In this document: positions 57,848 through 64,000 of the stretch, in pieces
Position numbering within the stretch: the stretch's first letter is position 1
Layout of the letters: each line of letters starts with the position of its first letter
NCBI RefSeq assembly: GCF_009914755.1
Contig: NC_060925.1
Length of the DNA: 64,000 nucleotides
Direction: 5' to 3' (one strand)
Source of the DNA: the human T2T-CHM13v2.0 reference genome, Homo sapiens
The notes under the pieces: model-generated
What the model saw: only the letters and a program-made list of their open reading frames with translations
What the model was told of the DNA's origin: nothing
The model's database searches: none
Position numbers and translations under genes: made by a program

Positions 57848-58337
57848 TATGAGTAACCTATTATTCCAAAACAATCTGCCACAAAATTTAACAGCTTGAA
57901 ACAACAAATATTTATTAACTCTGGTTTTCTGTGGGTCAAGAAATATAGAGTAGCAGGGCTAATGATTCTGAATGAAGATCTTTCATGAAGTTGAAGTCAA
58001 TAAATGAGAGCTGTAGTCTCATCTGAATGCTCGACAGGAAAAGAATCTGCTTCCAAGCTCACTTACGTGGTTGCTGTCAGGATTCAGCTCTTTATACGAT
58101 GTTGGATTGAAGGCCTAATTTTATCACTTACTATTGGCCATAAGTCTCCCTTAGTTCCTGGCCACATGGGTCTTCCCATAGAGCAGCCTGCAACATGGCA
58201 GCTAGCTTCTGCAATGATGAGTGATTTGACATAGGGAGAGAAAGTGCCCAGCACAGAAGCCTCAGCCTTTTGATAATCTAATCTTAGAAATCACATACTT
58301 CATTCCTGCTGTATTCTATTCATTAGAAGTGAATCAG
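57848..58337 (-). mobile_element. MLT1F/G-type MaLR LTR, split by L1 (remainder about 63762-63828)
   Basis: AAAATTTAACAGCTTGAAACAACAAA.ATTTATTA.., CTGCTTCCAAGCTCACT.ACGTGGTTG, GGCCACATGGG.CTT.CCATAG, CAACATGGCAGCT. Confidence 0.8.
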
Positions 58338-61300
58338 CCCAGCATCAGGCCAGTGCCACTCTGGAATGAAGCTTTCAGAGGAAGGAGCAGGCAGCAATCT
58401 TTGCTGTTCTGCAGCGTCTACTGGTGATACCCCGGCAAAGAGGTCTGGAGTGGACCTCCAGCAAACTGCAGCAGACAGACCTACAGAAGAGGGGCCTGAT
58501 GGTTAGAAGAAAAACTAACAAACAAAGCCACAGCATCAACATCAACATTAACATCAAGGACCCCCACACAAAAACCCCATCCAAAAATCATCATCCTCAA
58601 AGATCAAAGGTAGATAAATCCATGAAGATGAGGAAAAACCAAGGCAAAAACACTGAAAATTCCAAAAACCAGAATGCCTCTACTCCTCCAAATGATCGCA
58701 AATCCTCTCCAGGAAGGGCACAAAACTGGATGGAGAATGAGATTGACGAATTGACAGAAGTAGGCTTCGGAAGGCGGGTAATAACAAACTCCTCTGAGCT
58801 GAAGGAGCATGTTCTAACCTAATGCAAGAAAGCCAAGAACCTTGATAAAAGATTACAGGAACTGTTAACTAGAATAACCAGTTTAGAGAGGAAAATAAAT
58901 GACCTGATGGAGCTGAAAAACACAGCACGAGATCTTTGTAAAGCATACACAAGTATCAATAGCTGAATTGATCAAGTAGAAGAAAGGATATCAGAGACTG
59001 AAGATCAACTTACTAAAATAAGGTGTGAAGCCAAGATTAGAGAAAAAAAGAATGAAAAGGAATAAACAAAGCCTCCAAAAAATATGGAACTATGTGAAAA
59101 GACCAAACCTATAATTGATTGGTGTACCTGAAAGTAACGGGGAGAATGGAACCCAGTCAGAAAACACACTTCAGGATATTATCCAGGGGAACTTCCCCAA
59201 TCTAGCAAGATGGGCCAACGTTCAAATTCAGGAAATACAGAGAACACTACCAAGATACTCCTCAAGAAGAGCAACCCCAAGACACATAATTGTCAGATTC
59301 TCCAAGGTTGAAAGAAAGGAAAAAATATTAAGGGCAGCCAGAGAGAAAGGTAAGGTGACCTACAAAGGGAAGCCCATCAGACTAACAGCAGATCTCTCTA
59401 CAGAAACCCTACAAGCCAGAAGAGAGTGGGGATCAATATTCAACATTCTTAAAGAAAAGAATTTTCAACCCAGAATTTTATAGCCAGCCAAAAGCTTCGT
59501 AAGTGAAGGAGAAATAAAATCCTTTCAAGACAAACAAATGCTGAGGGATTTTGTCACCACCAGGCTTGCATTACAAGAGCTCCTGAAGGAAGCACTAAAT
59601 ATGGAAAGGAAAAACTGTACCAGCCACTGCAAAAACACCAAAATATAAAGACCGATGATACTGTGAAGAAACTACGTCAATTAATGTTCAAAATAACCCG
59701 CTAGCATGATGATGACAGGATCAAATTCACACATAACAATATTAACCTTAAATGTAAATGGGCTAAATACCCCAATTAAAAGACACAGATTGGCAAATTG
59801 GATAAAAAGTCAAGACCCATTGGTCAGGAGACTGATCTCACCTGCAAAGACAAACATAGGCTCAAAATAAAGGGATGGAGGAATATTTACCAAGCGAATG
59901 GAAAGGAAAAAAAAAGCAGAGGTTGCAACGCTAGTTTCTGATAAAACAAACTTTAAACCAACAAAGATCAAAAGAGACAAAGAAGGGCATTGCATACTCG
60001 TAAAGGGATCAATGCAACAAGAAGAGCTGACTATCCTAAATATATATGCACCCAATACAGGAGCACCCAGATTCATAAAGCAAGTTCTTAGAGACCTACA
60101 AAGAGATTTAGACTCTCACACAATAATAGTGGGAGACTTTAACACCCCACTGTCAATATTAGATCAACGAGACAGAAAATTAACAAGGGTATTCAGGACT
60201 TGAACTCAGCTCTGGACCAAGTGGACCTAATAGACATCTACAGATCTCTCCACCCCAAATCAACAGAATATACATTCTTCTCAGCATCACATTGCATATA
60301 TTCTAAAATTGACCACATAATTGGAAGTAACACACGCCTCAGCAAATACAAAAGAACAGAAATCATAACAAACAGTCTCTCAGACCACAGTGCAATCAAA
60401 TTAGAACTCAGGATTAAAAAACGCTCTCACAATGGCGCAACTACATGGAAAATGAACTACCTGCTCCCGAGTGACTATTGGGCACATAACGAAATTAAGA
60501 CACAAATAAAGAAGTTCTTTGAAATCAACGAGAATAAAGAGACAATGTATTAGAATCTCTGGGACACAGCTAAAGCAGTGGGAAATTTATAGCACTAAAT
60601 ACCCACAACAGAAAGCTGGAAAGATCTAAAATCAACACCCTAACATCACAGTGAAAAGAACTAGAGAAGCAAGAGATAACAAATTCAAAAGCTAGCATAA
60701 GACAGGAAATAACTAAGATCAGAGCAGAAGTGAAGGAGATAGAGACACGAAAAGTCCTTCAAAAAATCAATGAATCCAGTAGCTGGTTCTTTGAAAAAAT
60801 GAACAAAATAGATAGACTGCTAGCTAGACTAAAAAAGAAGAGAGAAGAATCAAACAGACAAAATAAAAAATGATAAAGGGGATATCACCACTGATTCCAC
60901 AGAAATACAAAATACCATCAGAGAATACTATAAACACCTCTAAGCAAATAAACTGGAAAACCTAGAAGAAATGCATAAATTCCTGGACACATACACCCTC
61001 CCAAGACTAAATCAGGAAGAAGTCGAATCCCTGAATAGAACAATAACAAGTTCTGAAATTGAGGCAGTAATTAATAGTCTACCAACCAAAAAAAGCCCAG
61101 GACCAGATGGATTTGCAGCCAAATCCTACCAAAGGTACAAATAGGAGCTGGTACAATTTCTTCTGAAACTATTCCAAACCACAGAAAAAGAGGGACTCTT
61201 CCCTAACTCATTTTATGAGGCCAGTGTTATCCTGATACCAAAACCTGGCAGAGACACAACAAAAAAAAAAAAAAAAAAAAGGAAATTTCAGGCCAATATC

Positions 61301-63761
61301 CCTGAAGAACATCAATGTGAAAATCTTCAATAAAATACTGGCAAACCAAATCCAACAGCACATCAAACAGTTTATCCACCACGAACAATTTGGCTTCATC
61401 CCTGGGATGCAAGGCTGGTTTAACATATGAATATCAATAAACGTAATCCATCACGTAAATAGAACTAATGACAAAACCACATGATGATCTCAATAGATGC
61501 AGAAAAGGCCTTTGATAAAATTCAACGTCATTTATGCTAAAAATTCTCAATAAACTAGGTATGAATGGAGCATATCTTAAAATAATAAGAGCAACTTATG
61601 AGAAACCCATAGCCAATATCATATCGAATGGACAAAAGCTGGAAGCATTCCCTTTGAAAATTGACACAAGTCAAGAATGCCCTCTCTCACCACTCCTATT
61701 CAACATACTACTGGAAATTCTAGCCAGGGCAATCAGGCAAGAGAAAGAAATAAAGCATATTCAAATAGGAAGACAGAAAGTCAAATCGTCTGTGTTTGCA
61801 GACGACATGATTGTATATTTAGAAAGTCCGATCATCTCAGTCCAAAAACTCCATAAGCTGATGAGCTACTTCAGCAAAGTCTCAGGATACAAAATCAATG
61901 TGCAAAAATCACAAGCATTCCTATACACCGACAATAGACAAGCAGAGAGCCAAATCATGAGTGAACTCCCATTCATAATTGCTACAAAAAGAATAAAATA
62001 CCTAGGAATACAACTTACAAGGGACACAAAGGACCTCTTCAAAGAGAAGTACAAACCACTGCTAAAGGAAATAAGAGAGGACACTAACAAATGGAAAAGC
62101 ATTTCTTGCTCATGGATAGGAAAAATCAATATCGTGAAAATGGCCATACTGCCCAAAGTAATTTATATATTCTATGCTATTCCCATCAATCTATCAGTGG
62201 ACTTTCTTCACAGAATTAGAAAAAACTACTTTAAATTTCATATGGAACCAAAAAAGAGCTTGTATAGCCAAGACAATCCTAAGCAAAAAGAACAAAGCTG
62301 GCGGCATCACGCTACCTGTCTCCAAACCATACTACAAGGCTACAGTAACCGAAACAGCATAGTACTGGTACCAAAACAGACACATGGACCAATGGAACAG
62401 AACAGAGACCTCAGAAATAACACCACACATTTACAACCATCTGATCTTCAACAAACCTGACAAAAAAAGCAATAAGGAAGGGATTCTGTATTTAATAAAT
62501 GGTGCTGGGAAAATTGGCTAGTCATATGCAGAAAATTGAAACTGGACCCCTTCCTTACACTTATACAAAAATTAACTCAAGATGGATTAAAGACTTAAAT
62601 GTAAAACCCAAAACCATAAAAATCTTAGAAGAAAACGTAGGCAATACCATTCAGGACATAGGCATGGGCAAAGACTTCATGACTAAAACACCAAGAGCAA
62701 TTGCAACAAAAGCCAGAACTGACAAATGGTACCTAATCAAATGAAAGAGCTTCTGCACAGCAAAAGGAACTATCATCAGAGTGAACAGACAACCTACAGA
62801 AGGGAGGAAAATTTTTACAAGCTACCCATCTGACAAAGGTCTAATATCCAGAATCTACAAAGAACTTAAACAAATTTACAAGAAAAAAACCAACAACCCC
62901 ATCAAAAAGTGGGCAAAGGATATGAACAGACACTTCTCAAAAGAAGGCATTAATATGGTCAACAAACATATGAAAAAAAGCTCATTGCCACTCATCATCA
63001 GAGAAATGCAAATCAAAACCACAATGAGATACCATCTCTTGCCAGTTAGAATGGCAATTGTTAAATGGTCAGGAAACAAGAGATGCTGGTGAGGCTGTGG
63101 AGAAATAGGAACACTTTTATACTGTTGGTGGGAGTGTAAATTAGTTTAACCATTGTGGAAGACAGTGTAGTGATTCCTCAAGGATCTAGAACCAGAAATA
63201 CCATTTGACCCAGCCATCCCATTACTGGGTATATACCCAAAGGATTATAAATCATTCTACTATAAAGGCACAAACACACGTGTGTTATTGTGGCACTGTT
63301 CACAATAGCAAAGACTTGCAACCATCCCAGATGCCCATCAATGATAGACTGGATAAAGAAAATGTGGCACATATACACCATGGAATACTATGCAAGCATA
63401 AAAAAGAGTGAGTTCATGTCCTTTGTAGGGACATGGATGAAGCTGGAAGCCATCATTCTCAGCAAACTAACACAGGAACAGAAGGCCAAACACTGCACAT
63501 TCTCACTCATAAGTGGGATTTGGACAATGAGAACACATGGACACAGAGAGGGTAACATCACACACTGGGGCCTATTCGGGGGTGGGGTGCAAGGGGACGG
63601 AGAGCATTAGGACAAATATCTAATGCATGCAGGGCTTAAAACCTAAATGATGGATTGATAGGTGCAGCTAAGCACCATGGCACATGTATACCTATGTAAC
63701 AAACCTGCATGCTCTGCACATGTATTCCAGAACTTAAAGTAAAAAAAAAAAAAAAAAAAAA
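58338..63761 (+). mobile_element. L1PA7/8-like LINE, 5.4 kb, truncated within the 5'UTR, ORFs disrupted
   Basis: ORF1 ATG at 58628, ORF2 ATG at 59712, EN motifs [24 protein letters not shown] motif FADDMIVYL at about 61795, poly-A 63741-63762; TSD AGAAGTGA(A/G)TCAG at 58325-58337 and 63762-63774. Confidence 0.98.
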
Positions 63762-64000
63762 AGAAGTGAGTCAGACCACACCCAAGGGGAAGAAAATTAT
63801 TTTTTGACTTATTTTTAGAACCACCACAGATGCTGTTGAATAAGGATATGCCTCACATAAGGAACTCTTACAGCTGGAGAAAGGAGAACTGGCTTTGCTT
63901 GTATGGAAATGTTATTACCTCTCAACTGAGAAAATAAGAAGAGGTATGCGGTATTGGCTGGAAAAGAGAACTTGTTACAGTGGTTAGGGCATTATCCTTC

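Overview
Primate (human-like) non-coding genomic DNA. It is CpG-poor and dominated by interspersed repeats: about 14 Alus, L1PA/L1M LINEs, MIR, L2, L3/CR1, MaLR LTRs, Tigger1, MADE1, hAT-Charlie MITEs and an old hAT transposase fossil. I cannot support any intact protein-coding gene. The ORF track is explained by Alu, L1 and Tigger read-through or by chance. I could not name the locus. The first ~22 kb has more unique DNA, with candidate regulatory motifs (CTCF, a phased octamer triplet, AP-1) and several strong plus-strand splice signals, so it may lie within a spliced non-coding or intronic transcription unit. From ~22 kb onward it is a nested TE graveyard. The most notable items are a retrocopied YWHAZ 3'UTR end (recognised from memory), a decayed hAT transposase split by L1 and Alu insertions, a tiny ERV1-LTR fragment with its own A-tail and target-site duplication (TSD), a complex templated and inverted L1 junction, and a deletion fusing an L1 to Tigger1. 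I see no evidence of a novel self-contained biological system. TE subfamily names come from recalled consensus features and need RepeatMasker/Dfam confirmation.
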